Part shown: positions 1 through 12,695 of the stretch, piece by piece
How the letters are laid out: each line of letters starts with the position of its first letter
Position numbering within the stretch: the first letter of the stretch is position 1
Assembly: GCA_964016885.1 (NCBI GenBank)
Contig: OZ024743.1
Span: forward strand, 261,826,001 to 261,890,000
DNA from: Eledone cirrhosa
Taxonomy: Eukaryota
Reading direction: 5' to 3'
Length of the DNA stretch: 64,000 bases
Notes under the pieces: generated by a model
Told to the model about the DNA's origin: nothing
Seen by the model: only the letters and a program-made list of their open reading frames with translations
Database searches by the model: none
Position numbers and translations under genes: made by a program

Positions 1-73
1 CCATTGAACAACCCTGAATCATAGACAACCTATGTATTTCTAGGGGTACCTAGTATCCCTGGACATATTAACT

Positions 74-108
<35 letters not shown>

Positions 109-180
109 ACATGAGCCCCAGGTTCACTTGGGGGTAACCACAGTAAGTAAGGTACTCAATACATTAGTAGAGTGTAAAAC

Positions 181-320
181 TCAAATTTAATATAGAAATG
201 GCTTCTACAGGACTAGAACTGTTTCATTCAAAGGAAGGCATCAGGAAAACCATTTCCTGGTGATTTCCTTTGAATGAAACAGTTCTAGTCCTGTAGAAGC
301 CATTTCTATATTAAATTTGA
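181..320. repeat. Fold-back palindrome with 56-bp perfect arms, probably a Penelope-like element end
   Basis: 181-236 is the exact reverse complement of 265-320; inner CATCAGGAAA/TTTCCTGGTG extends the stem to a 4-nt loop; TA/CA microsatellites nearby. Confidence 0.9.
253..299 (+). ncRNA. Type I hammerhead-ribozyme-like motif with a core variant
   Basis: tttc-CTGGTGA-t-ttc(cttt)gaa-t-GAAA-cag(ttctagtc)ctg-TA-gaag: all three stems can form; core differs from CUGANGA at one position; the inverted copy on the - strand reads CTGATGC. Confidence 0.6.
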
Positions 321-959
321 TACGCATGTGTGTGTATATGAGAGAGAGAGAGAGAAATTGCATACATAAAAACGAAATATGTGAGACGAATGAACAGAAG
401 CATCTATCTTTGTCATCATCCACCAATTTTATGCATAAGGGTGGTAATGCTTAATATTGAGCCCAGGTTACATGATAACAACCCCCCAGAAAGATTCATG
501 AGACAACACAGAAACATACAGTGGATAACAAGGGAGTGTCTGTTGAATAGAAAGAACAGGATACAGCATAGACAAGTGTAAATAGTAATGCTCGAAGGAG
601 GGAAATATTATGACTTTCATTAAAAAAGAGGAGAGAGTGAATGTGAGATAGAGAGCATACATAAATGCATGTATACATCACGTTCCCCACTATTGACCAC
701 ATCCCCCACACCAGTATATCCCCTCTCCCCATATACTAATCAGCTACCCCAACCCCTTATTCATTCCTTACCCCCTTATCTATCTCTCCATTTCTCTCCC
801 ACCCTATTGACCATATCTCCCATACCACTATATTCCCCCATCTCCCCATTACACTAATTGGCCACCACTTACTCATTGCCCTGCCAAATCACCACATACA
901 CCTATAACTACATACATATCTCCCTCTCCTATTGCTTGCCCTCCCCGTAGCTGAGAGAG

Positions 960-1695
960 CTCTACAGTTGGATCTGTGATCGGCAACCTTTCAAATAATG
1001 GTGCCACGAAAATGCACCCAGAACACTCCGTAAGGGTGGTTGGTGACAGGAAGGGCACCCTACTGTGGAAACCATACCTTAAAGGATTGAGTGGACCCTT
1101 TAGTTGTGTGGAAGACACAGCAATCTCTGTAGTTTTGGTGTCTACACGAGAACCACACAGTACACATTGTAAAGTGGTTGGTGATAGGAAGGGCATTCAG
1201 CCATAGAAAGCTTGCTAAACATAGAACATGATAGCCTCACTAGTGTTGGTGATCTACACAATAATCACCCAGTACATGCTGTAAATGGGTTGGTGATAGG
1301 AGAGACATCTAGCTGTAGAAAGCTTGCCAAACAAAAGGTTGGACAGATCCTTTAGTTGTGTTAAAACCTGACAACCTCCCTAGTGTCGGTGATCTACATG
1401 ATAAAAACATCCAGTACACACTGTGGGGAGGTTGGTGTTGGGTGTGGTAGAGATGTAGAGATCCAGCTGTTGAAAGCTAACTAAAGAATAAGTTGTGAGG
1501 ACTCATCAGTTTGTGTCAAAAGGCATGACAACTTCTCCTCCGCACTTGATAGAACATACAACCGAGCGTAAGCAAGATGTAGACCCCTTGACCTGTATCA
1601 GGACTCAGTAGCTCTGCTTCAGTGCTGACTTGGTCTATATAAACCCATCCAACCCTTGCTAGTAGGGAAAGTGGACATTAAACAATGATGATGAT
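960..1695 (+). mobile_element. Non-autonomous retroelement with ~4 tandem ~130-bp modules and an RTE-type 3' tail
   Basis: Repeated GTGGTTGGTGA(T/C)AGGAAGGGCA..GTAGAAA modules like the RTE 3' UTR at ~47280; ends CCAACCCTTGCTAGTAGGGAAAGTGGACATTAAA(TGA)n; 3' part matches 29230-29436. Confidence 0.65.
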
Positions 1696-2189
1696 ACATA
1701 TATAGCACATTTACAAAATGATCAGATAAAAGGAAAAAAAAAATCATTTCATACTCTAAAAAAACAATTATTATGTTTACATACAGACTGAAGTGAAAAA
1801 TACTTGAAGAATGGTATGTTTGACCTGGTTGATTGTTTTCAGTTTCAGTATAATTTGGGGTACAGATGTTCACTCAATTGGGGTGTTTATATTCAAATTA
1901 GATTATCTGGAGATGTAGATATAGTAATTATCTTTCAGAGTAATTACATAACGCATCAGAGAGCAAATGAATTAATTTGATATAATAAAATCTTGCATTG
2001 CTCTAAAACAAAACAAAAAAAAATGTGGAGGTCATAGAGTAATTCATTATTATTTGTTATTTTTGGTTCCCCAGAGGGAATACATTGTTGGGGTTAAACA
2101 ACAGAAGCCATGAGACACATTTAGATTAAAATTAATCTTTCATATACACACATATCGCTCTCTCTCCCTGTAATTCCAGGTAGAGTTTT

Positions 2190-2505
2190 AAGGTCATTGT
2201 AGTGATATTCAACATTTTTTGGGGTATTTTGGCAGAGCACATTTCCTCTCCAGGTCTGAACATACCAGGTTTCTTCCAGGGAAGAAGAGGAAGTGATAGA
2301 GAGGAAGTGGGAAAGAGATATAGTGGAAGAATTGACCCCCCCCCCCCTCAGTACTGGATAGGTGCTTTTTTAAAAAATTAAACTTGAAAGGATGACTAGC
2401 AAAGTTGACCTCAGCAAGATTTGAACTTACAGCAGAGAGAGCTGGAACAAATACTGCAAAGCATTCTATCTGACATTCTAATGACTGCCAATTCACTGCA
2501 TCCTC
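2190..2505 (-). mobile_element. tRNA-type SINE, long-tail subfamily
   Basis: Reverse complement has A/B-box-like TGGCAG..TTAG and GTTCAAATC plus the CTTTG..TCATCCTTTC core shared with other copies (e.g. 50371-50670). Confidence 0.65.
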
Positions 2506-3456
2506 CTTATACCTCCTTGCAAGTCTGGAGAAATGGACATAAAACAGTGATGATGACATATATATATACATATATATATATATATCATCATCATCACCAC
2601 CGTTTAAAGTCCTACATGACCACTCTACAGTGTGGGCTGGGTGCTTTTTGTCGTGTCACCATCGCGACCACTTTACAGTGTGGGCTGGAGGAGGATTATA
2701 TATATATATATATATAGGAAAATGATTTTTCTCAAGTAGCCCCAATTGAAGGACTAGCCATTCAAATATAGATGACACAGGATTGAGATGACTTGCCCTC
2801 ACATGCAAGCAAGATGAAATGAGCATGGAGAGACAGGTAGTGAAGGTACAGAGATGTGTAACTACATTTAGGTCCCTGCCTGCCAGTATACTACTGTCCA
2901 CTTTCCCTTACTTTAACTCCAAAGAAGCAGAGGTGAAACTACATTTACCATATATATACTTGAATATGTCTCCCCCCTCCCCATTATGTCTGAGAAATGG
3001 GCAAAAATCCAAACCCTATTTATAACCTGAGGCAACTAATCAACACATTATGTTTAGAGATGGTGTAGATTTAAAACTCCCATGAGTATCAAATATATTT
3101 ATGAAGTTTTAATATTTGACGGTTAAAATGTTTTAAATGTCGTTTAGAATGTAGTTTTTCTTTCTCAACTCCATTACGTAATGATTTTTTTTATTATTTC
3201 ATGTTTCATAGTTTCAACTAGTTCCTCAAACTTTTGTTTACTTTTGGCCATTGAAATGCTAGGAGTAGTTGCAAGCAAATAATTGAATAAGAGAACATTG
3301 TATAGGGCGCCATAGAGTAGAAAAGGGAGGGAGGGAGAGCAAGTGAGAGAGGAGAGGCAGAACGAGAAAAAGAGAGTGAGAGCAATAAAATACAAGTAAA
3401 AAATATGATTGAAAGAAAAAGTATTATTAAGTCGGAGAAAAACAGTCGGCATGCAT

Positions 3457-3503
<47 letters not shown>

Positions 3504-3904
3504 TGTGCTTGCATGTATTTGCATGTATTTGCATGCGTTATGTGTATTTGATAGTTATGTATTAAAAAGTTCAATGACAAAAAGTTATTGGAAATATTTT
3601 CAAGGGAGTGCATGAATAACACTAATGACCATGTATTAAATGTAGAAAAACAGTGTTTCATTTATAATAATCACTCAACATATTTTAGCACCTTATTTAC
3701 GTAGAATTTGAAGTTGGTGAAAATTGTCAAAATATTGACCCCCTAATATAAACTGTCTCCCACCCCTTTTTTGCAATCGATTTTGTTTTTTTGTCACATA
3801 TTCCTCAATTTATATTCAAGTGTATACAGTAGGTTCCCCTATTCCCTCACCTTAATCCACCACTACCAGTAGTTCTCTCCCATTCACATCTTTCTTCCTC
3901 TTTC

Positions 3905-4110
3905 CTGGTCCAACCCATGCCAATATGGAAAGACAGGGCATGCTTCCTCACATAATGTGTTCCCCCTAACACTTACATCCCTGATTCACCTCCCTCATCC
4001 AACCCATGCCAACATGCAAAGACAGGGCATGCTTGCTCACACACAATGTGCTCTCCCTAACACTTACATCCCTGATTCACCTCAATGCCAATATGGAAAG
4101 ACAGGGCCCA
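3905..4110 (+). repeat. ~2.5 tandem copies of an ~88-bp unit containing the RTE-tail motif
   Basis: CCAACCCATGCCAA(T/C)ATG..AAGACAGGGCATGCTT..CTAACACTTACATCCCTGATTCACCTC repeated. Confidence 0.7.
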
Positions 4111-5137
4111 CCACACAATATAAGGCCAGATGTCACTTCAGGTTGAGATAAAAGGATGTCTTAATTCAGCCATGTTTGGGGAGGGGAGGGACATGAGGTT
4201 GGGAAGAAGGTAAGAAGGACCAAACGTATGATATTACTGGTATAGATATGTGTATATCACCAACTACTTTACAGAGTGTACTGGGTGATTTATTGTTTAG
4301 ATCACCAACACTAGGGAGGTTTTCATGTCTTCCTGGCATAATAATATATGTGTATGTGCGCGCATGCGTGTATGTGCATACATATACTCATGCACACACA
4401 CACACACACACAGTATGTCTACTTTCTAGCCCAGAGATACAATGATAAATAAGATTGGATTAGCTAGCATATACATATCTATACTAAATGCATGCATACA
4501 TTTTCTATAACAAACACTTATAAATTCACACACACACAAACACACTTGTATAAAATCCAGTGCATACGTACATATGTACGTTCTTGTACATGCACACAAA
4601 CATGCATGTATTTATATTTATATGTATATGTAAATAAATAAACCTCCACACTTCTAAATACGAATGCATCTTTAGTATGTGACACATACATAACTATATA
4701 TATATATATATATGTAGAGACATGCACACATGTAGAACTACATATATAAATACTCAAGCACATGTGCAATACATACATATACACACCTATATGAAGAAAC
4801 CATTACCAAAAGTTAAGATAACTGTTATCTCTGTCCCAAACTTGTATACTGATGTCTCTCTGTATTGCAACTTACCCCCTCCCCCTCTCTCACACACACA
4901 TTCACATGCGCTCTCTCTTTCTCTCTCTCTCCAGCTCTCTCTTTCACATACATCCACATACTCTTTTACCCATCACCCACTTTCTCATCTCTTTTTCTCT
5001 CCTCCTCTCTCTCTCTCTCTCTCACATACACACATAGACATACATTCACATACTATTTTACCCATCCACTCTCTTAAGTTTTATCACTTATTTATCTCCT
5101 CTCACTTACCCTCATTGTGTAACCGTTTCTCTTGCAG

Positions 5138-5314
5138 AAATACATGATTCCACTGAAAAGCCAGAAGAACTTGGATGAGAATACAGTTGCCACTATATTT
5201 CACATGGTTCCAGAGATTCTAACACACCATACTATCTATTTAGACTTTCTTAATAATGTTTGGGAGAACTGGGACTGTAAGACTAGTACAGTCGGTGATA
5301 TTATCATACACTTT
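5138..5314 (+). CDS. ARHGEF17: RhoGEF ARHGEF17-like, coding exon A (DH domain)
   Basis: ttgcag|..|gtaagt, 177 nt, phase 0/0; KYMIPLKS..TIFHMVPEILTHHTIYLDFL..VGDIIIHF. Confidence 0.85.
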
Positions 5315-5859
5315 GTAAGTAATTCCTCTTCTAAGTTCTAACCATTGGCTTCATGAAAGCTTTCTATGTCTATATAATTCTCTGTCTGTTGTTGATATGT
5401 ATGTATGTATGAATGTGGATGTATTATGTATATGTATGTATTTATGTGAGAGAGTGTGTGTGTGTGTATGTATGTATGTGTGTGTGTATGTATGTACAAG
5501 TGTTTGTATGTGTGCGTATGTGTATGTATGTGTGAGAGAGAGAGTGTGTCTGTGTGAGAGTGTGTGAGAGAGAGAATGAAAGCCAGAGACAGACATAGCC
5601 ACCTGTGTTTATACTTACGCTTGCATATATACTTAGTTGCATTAAGTGAACATATAAATCTATATGCTTTCTTAATTGAACATCAACAGCATGTGTGTGT
5701 TTGTGTGCTTACATGTGTGTGTGTGGAAGCATGGGTATCTGCATATATATTTTTCTATGTTTTGAATAAATATATATATACGTGTGTTAATGTATGTATG
5801 TATGTAATATATGTATGAATGTATGTATGGTCCCGTACCCCCTGATAGTTGTATGGGTG

Positions 5860-6153
5860 CTGTATTGACATACAGCATTTCTCGGGCATTTTAAGCCTGC
5901 CGGAGCCTATCCCTCTCCAGGCCTGAGTACAGCAGATTTCTTTCAGAGAAAGATAGAAAGTGAGAGAGAGGAAATGAGTTAAAGATATAGAGGAAGAATC
6001 GACCCCAGTACTAGACTGGTACTTTTTTTTATCAACCTCGAAAGGATGAAAGGCAAAGTTGACTTTGGCAGGATTTGAGAGCAGAGACCTGGAACGAATA
6101 CCATAGAGCATTCTATCTGACATTCTAGCGATTTTTGCCAATTCACCGCCCTC
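5860..6153 (-). mobile_element. tRNA-type SINE
   Basis: CTGGTACTTTTTTTTATCAACCTCGAAAGGATGAAAGGCAAAGTTGAC core; head ends TGCCAATTCACCGCCC. Confidence 0.75.
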
Positions 6154-6458
6154 ATGTAATATATATATATGTATATAATATATATAAATTGCTGAGACTC
6201 ATGGAGGCGATGATGATGGAACGTGATGAGTGGAGAGATGCTGTCCTGAAAAGGGCTCATACAACCCATGCAAGCATGGGAAAACCAGCATAAATATGAT
6301 GTTGATGATGATTTTTTTTGTGTTATAAAATGTTGACTAACTGGGGTTATGTTTGCAATATTCCAATCAATAAATAATTATAATTAGGTTCAAGTACTCA
6401 ACATTATATGTATCCTTCAAATTCCAATGTAGTAGTCCATGACGGAGTATATGTACAA

Positions 6459-6875
6459 TAATGATAAAAATGTGAAAGCTAGATATTCATAATTCATTTT
6501 ATTATATAAATCACTGTAATACATATTTCTGTGGCATTGATAATTACATCATGTTGTCATCTCACAATCACCAACACAACTTCCTTAGACAGCATCTTAG
6601 ATAATACATTTGTTATGTAATATATTTTTAATGCAATATAGGCTTGTATTTGATGTTCTTCTTACACAACTCTGTCCCCATATATTAATAGCCTGTATTG
6701 CATTAAACATATATTACATAACAAATGTACTATCTAAGATACTGTCTGAGGAAGTCATGTTGGTGATTGCGTGGTGGCAACATGATGTAATTATTAACAC
6801 CACAGAAACAAGTATTACTGTGATTTATGTAATAAAATGAATTATGAATATCTAGCTTTCACATTTTTATCATTA
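6459..6875. repeat. Long imperfect inverted repeat (~186-bp arms, ~45-bp spacer)
   Basis: 6459-6644 is the reverse complement of 6690-6875 with scattered substitutions. Confidence 0.85.
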
Positions 6876-7029
6876 ACACATACATATATGTATGTGTTTG
6901 TGTGTGTATCATCATCGTCATCATATATCTAATTTTCATGTTGGTATAGGTTGGCTGGGTCATTGTGGTCCAAGACGAGATGGGCCAGAGAAAAACATCT
7001 TGCTCATACATTCCGTACACATACACAAT

Positions 7030-8830
7030 ATATAATCTTACGTTTGCCTTCCCAGGCTGACATGGGTTGAATAGGTCATCAATATTCAAGTCAATTTTTT
7101 TTATTTGAAGTTACTGTCAGGAATCGGGATTTTCTCAAATATTCCATTTTTGCCAATGCTTCTATGGCAGGATGCCCTCCCTATCTCCAACCTTTTAATA
7201 CAGTGTACTGTGTATATTTGATCATGGCAACAACACTAGAGAGGTCTTGTTTTCAGCATTTCATAGAGCCTACTTCATAGGTGTTCTTGCTGTTAATTGT
7301 TCTTCTGCATCTGCCACATATAAAGCCAATGTTTTTCATTGTCTTCATATTTTACACTGTACACAGTATAAAATTCTTACCTATTCCTTTTCTACATATT
7401 GAGCGCAATCACTTCTCTGATAGTATCAGAGCCCTGTCTTCTTTCCTACTTATAAGGACTTTAGTCTTTGTTAAATTTACTTTGAGACATTTTGATTCTA
7501 AGTTTTGTCTCCATGTCTGCCATTTCTTCTCTAATTCTACTACAAATTCAACTATAAGAACCAGGTCATCAGCATATAGGAGTTCCCATGGATAGCTGGA
7601 CTTAGATTTCTCTTTTATGGCCTGAAGGATTGTGATAAATAGAAGTTAGTTGAAGACTGAGCTCTGGTGGACCCCTATTTCCATGCTAAATTATTCACTG
7701 TTCTCATTGTTAACTCTCATTTAGTTTATTGTACCTCTGTATATGACTTGTTTTTCCATAACTCTTATGACCTAGTCCATCAACTTGATGCCTCTCTAGC
7801 ACATCTCCTTTGCTCTTGTAACAGCTGATGATGATGCTGCAACACCAGTTAATGAGTATGATGCAATCCTGTATTACACAATTTACTATCTGCATGGCTA
7901 GCATGTAACTTACCATACTAGATATTTTCAGTATCTCAGTGACTATCCCTGATGGTCCAGCTGCCTTCCCTACCTTCATATCCTTAATGAACCTATCTAC
8001 CATACTGTTGTCAACTTGGATAGTGGGTTCTTCTGTTGGATCTACTCAGGGTAGGCCCTCCTTCTCCCATGTACTTTCCTCATTCAACAGTCTCTCATAA
8101 TAGCACTTCCATGCCTCTTTCTTTTGCACATCAGTTAGGGAAACTGTACCACTGTCATTTCAAATGTACTTCTCCCCAACGACATCTTGATTTTCGCAAG
8201 CACACTGTCTTCCAATGCAGAACACCTCACACCTTTGATCCTCATATTAGAAAACATGCCAAAACTTCTTGCTTTCTGTCTTCTTTTTTAGTTATTTGGT
8301 ATTGATCTCTGCTTCCCTCCATTCTTCTAGTTTTTTCAGGCCTGTTTCCTAGCTTTAATTTCTCTATCTATCCTACTATTCCACCAATATGAGACCCTCC
8401 CTCTTACTGAAGTTCAGAGGGCTTGCACTAGCCATGGAGCTTCAGCAGGTTGTCTTATACAAAACCCCAACTGTTCTTCTATATTTAGAGTCTCTATCTC
8501 CTCTTCCTTACTATAATAAGTGTCAAATGGGATATTGCTGTAATTATAACTGGTTGAGGGCTCTTTTAGCTTCTATGTCTTTCTCCTCCAGATTGTCATT
8601 TGTCTCTGAATCTGTCGAGCTATAACTCTGGAATGACTAACCACTAAACTATGCCAGTTCCTATATTCTTCGATAAGGAATGGTTTTGTATTAACAACCA
8701 TCAGTCTATCAAAATTCCCATTGAGAATAAAATCTATCTGGTTTATATGCTCACCTGAATTGTAGGTGATCAGATGGTTGGGCAGTTTCTTGAATTTAGT
8801 GTTAGATAGTTAGATCATTTGCTTCACATA
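7030..8830 (-). pseudogene. Old degraded RTE LINE
   Basis: Remnants KDMKVGKAAGPSGIVTEILK, antisense of PWELLYADDL and endonuclease NHLITYNSGEH; many stops and deletions. Confidence 0.85.
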
Positions 8831-9477
8831 TATATCCTTTTATTAATATACTGATATCATTCGTTAGACTGGCCATACTGTAGCACCACCTCGATGGGGT
8901 TTTAGTCAATACATAACTAATTGCTATATAAACTCACCAAATATGGTAGTAACAGTGAACTAAAGCTGCTTCTAATTTACATACTATTATTGCTTGTGTT
9001 TGTATTACTATGTGGATTGTGAGAGATGTAGAGAGGAAGTTTCCAGGACAAACCTATGGTCAGCCATGATTGAAAGGGGTCTTCTACTAACTATTTTCTT
9101 TTACTACAACTCTATAGTCCTGTGAAATATCCTTAATATTACTACCAACATTGGCCCTCCAAATATATTGTCTGTGTTATAATTCTTTGTTGCAAGAGGA
9201 AAGTTCTGACTACCATATTAAAAACCAAAGACAGAAACAAACTTGGTGTAATGTTTTCTCTATTTCTGCACACAGCACTATTGTATGGTGTATTTTAATC
9301 AGTAGCAAGATATTTATAACACCCATTGTCTAGAACTGGTCAAACAGAGAAGCCATTGATGTGAACGTTTTCCATTTGTATGTAAAGCAATTTTCCTATG
9401 TTCAACTATCAAATATGAACGTTTCTCTTGTCTGAATTCTCTCTATATTTTATTTGATATCATAAATACAGTTGTAG

Positions 9478-9660
9478 GGTAGTGGATTGGCTGAATCATT
9501 ACAGCATCAGCCAAAATACTTTGCAGTATTTGTTCCGGCTCTTTACATTCCGAGTTCAAATCTCACCTTAGTAAACTTTGCCTTTCAGCCTTCTGGGGCC
9601 AATAAAATAAAGCACCAGTCAGTTACTGGTGCTGACTAACAATTGTTAGAAACAATTATT
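9478..9660 (+). mobile_element. tRNA-type SINE
   Basis: GGTAGTGGATTGGCTG..GAGTTCAAATC..CTTTGCCTTTCAGCC..AAGCACCAGT. Confidence 0.65.
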
Positions 9661-10616
9661 AAATACAGTTGTTGTTTAGTTATTAGTAGGTTCTGATTAA
9701 TCAGACTTCTGATCAAAGACATTCCAGCTGTGATTATCCCATGTTTTAAAGGTGTGTATACAGGACTTTATTATACAATGTCTTTGTGACACTTTCTTTT
9801 TAAATTTAGGGTGTGGTTTGAGAGAGATTTGGCTACTATTTCTAACAGGCCAACCAAACACATAGATACTGCCTCATTAAATGCAGGTGTTTTCCTGCAT
9901 CATGGATATTTGCAGTCTATAAATCTATAGATGAATGATTCCCAAAATGGTCATTATGACCCCTTTGGTGGGGGTCTCAAGAGGGATACTAGAAAGTAAG
10001 AGAGTAGAGAGATTTTTAGTCATCTTTACAGAGAGGAGGGTCGGAGATGGAATATTTAAAAAAAAAATGTTTGAGAAACTCTACTTCAGGTTGTTGACCA
10101 AGAAATTATTGTTTACACAGGTGCTTCTCTCTATTTCTTGCCAAAATATACAGAAGTAGAGAGGGACTATCTCTTTGGAACATTCCTTTTGAAAGATCTG
10201 TAGCTTCATAAAAGGGTAAATCTCAGGTGGTTTGGTACCAAAAGGGTTAAACAACATATCTTTACTAATTAAAAGTTGTTCCTCACATTCTAACATTCCT
10301 TTCTTTTTACCTGCTTTGCTCATTAGTTATTGTCTTGTTGAACTCAAAATGGTCTTGTTGAGCTCAAATCCAAGGATTATAAAACTGTGTACAGTTTATA
10401 AATAATGTTTAAGTAAGTGTCAGATCTATAGTTTTCATTTTTCATTCTCGGCAACAAGATTTAAAAAAAAATAGTCAAAAAGAAAAGTAGTGATTATGAC
10501 CATTTTCAAGGCCAGTAAGACTGGTGGGCAGGAAGAACAAATATATTCCCAGATCTGGCTTGAATTCTTGTAACACAGTGTAATCTGATAAAGATATCTA
10601 AAGCCAGGTGGTGGTA

Positions 10617-10840
10617 TTAACCCTTTAGCATTTAAACTGGCCGTATCTGGCCAGAATTGTCTCGCATCTTTCTGTTCAAACTGGATATAACCGGCCACTC
10701 ATACTGATATTAAGGTATTGTTCTCAAAATAAATCTCAAAATCTCATAAGTTTGATATTATGTGAGATAATTATGTGAGGTAGTGTTTACCATGAAAATA
10801 TGATAGTAAATATAGAGTAATGTAAATGCTAAAGGGTTAA
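10617..10840. mobile_element. TTAA-flanked piggyBac-type MITE, copy 1
   Basis: TTAA-CCCTTTAGCATTTA ... TAAATGCTAAAGGG-TTAA terminal inverted repeats. Confidence 0.8.
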
Positions 10841-10961
10841 ACCAGGTGCGAGATTACGTTTACCATGTGAGTTGACCATAGTTGGGATTTAAACTTAGAC
10901 AACAAAGAGCTATTATAACTACAAAATCTTCCTAACCACAAAACTATGCAGCATCAATGCT

Positions 10962-11188
10962 TTAACCCCTTTAGCATTTTACATTACTCAATATTTACTA
11001 TTATATTTTCACGGTAAACGCTTTACCTCACATAATATCAAATCTATGAGTTTTTGAGAACCATACCTTAATATGAGCGGCTGGTTACAGCTGGTTTGAA
11101 CCATACCTTAATATGAGCGGCTGGTTTGAACAGAAAGAGGTGACAAAATTCTGGCCAGATACGGTCAGTTTAAATGCTAAAGTGTTAA
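10962..11188. mobile_element. TTAA-flanked piggyBac-type MITE, copy 2 (inverted relative to copy 1)
   Basis: Same TIRs; internal sequence is the reverse complement of 10617-10840, with a short internal duplication. Confidence 0.8.
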
Positions 11189-11224
11189 TTTTAATGGTGC
11201 TACCATATTCATTCTTAATCATAA

Positions 11225-12220
11225 CAACAACTGTTTTAAGGCCATCTTCCCTGCTAATGTAGGGGATGTTTTGTGGGTTTCATGACAAGCTTCTCCATTT
11301 TTTTCCTATTATCTACACCCCCCTCCCTCACCAATCTCTTGTTTTTCATTTCCTCCTCTATTATTTTTAGTTAAGTCTTTCTTGGTCTTCCCCTATCACT
11401 ACTTTTCTCCACATTCATTTCTGCGTTACCCTTTCATGTTTTCTCAACACATGACACAACCATCTTATTCCATTTATTGACTGTGTTAATAAGGTCACTT
11501 CAGAAGCTCTCTACACTCCAGAACCACATCATGAGACTTATGACTGGCAAGCGGCTCAGCAACCGTATCTGTATCAGTGAGCTGCTTAACATTACCAAAC
11601 TTAGACCAATACATCAATTGTCAAGTCAAGAGTACTCAAACTCTACGGCCATATAAAAAGATCAACTGGTGGTGTGAGTAGGTTATGACTGGAAGGAAGG
11701 TTTGCTGGTAAGAGAAGCAGAGACCGGCATCCAAAACGATGGCTTGATAATGTCAACTTATGGACTGGACTTGATCTTTGCTGTTGGTGATTGAACTTTG
11801 TGGACAGAGATATCACATGTTGATGTGCAGTTTGCAACTGGCAGAGTTTAGTGTCACAAGAAGTTCTAGTCACATCATCTTCTAAAATTCATTGTCTATT
11901 TTTCTTCTCTTTCAGCAATACTTCATTCATCAACTGGACCTTTCTATTCTGTTTTTTCCAGCCTTCTATGTTGCTCCACATTCATCACCCATGTCTCGTT
12001 CCCATAAATCATATAATTTCTCACACATGCAGTATACACTTCCTTTTAGTATAAGTGATAGCCATTCCTCATTAGCACCCCTCCTCATTAGCACACCACT
12101 CAGTTTCCGAAACTTCTTCCATGCACATTTCACTCTAGATACTGCTGCAGAGACAGACCCTCTTTTTCCGTTCGACATGTCTTTAAGGTAACAAAACATT
12201 TTCACATCTTCCATCTTCAC
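11225..12220 (-). pseudogene. Degraded RTE LINE 3' fragment
   Basis: FCYLKD..AAVSRVKCAWKKFRKLSGVL..LKGSVY resembles the RTE RT C-terminus. Confidence 0.7.
11490..11860 (+). pseudogene. 3' fragment of a different RTE family nested in the previous element
   Basis: LYGHIKRS..LEGRFAGKRSRDRHPKRWLDNVNLWTGL matches the RTE C-terminal GH..EG..GKR.R..RW motif. Confidence 0.6.
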
Positions 12221-12399
12221 ACTATTTCCTAGACCCAGTTCAACATCCCCTCCACCTTAGCTCCCTCCATATACACTTTACACTTAAATATAGCTGCCAT
12301 GTTATTTAATTATCCTTTCACATATTCCTAATTATATTCAAAATATCCAGTTATAATGTATGCATGTACACACAAATCCTGATGAAGTTGTAGGTGTGC

Positions 12400-12695
12400 C
12401 GTTATGACGTATGGGCATTTTTAAAACCTGACAGAGCTCATCTCTTCTTCAGGTCTAAACAGAACTAATTTCTTCCAGAGAAGGAGAGAGAGTGATAAAG
12501 AAAATTAAGAAATAGATATAGAAGAAGAAACGACCACAGTACTATACTGTACTGGTACTTTATTTTTATTGAACTGAAAAAGAATGAAAGCAAAGTTGGC
12601 CATAACAGGATTTGAACTCAGACCATAGAAAACCAGAACAAATACTGCAAAGTATTCTATCCAACGTTCTAATGAACTTGTCAGTTTGTCACCAA
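12400..12695 (-). mobile_element. tRNA-type SINE, long-tail subfamily
   Basis: CTGGTACTTTATTTTTATTGAAC..GATTTGAACTCAG core shared with other copies. Confidence 0.65.

Noticed and set aside
12379-12410. CTGATGA motif
   Set aside because: No stem II or GAAA follows
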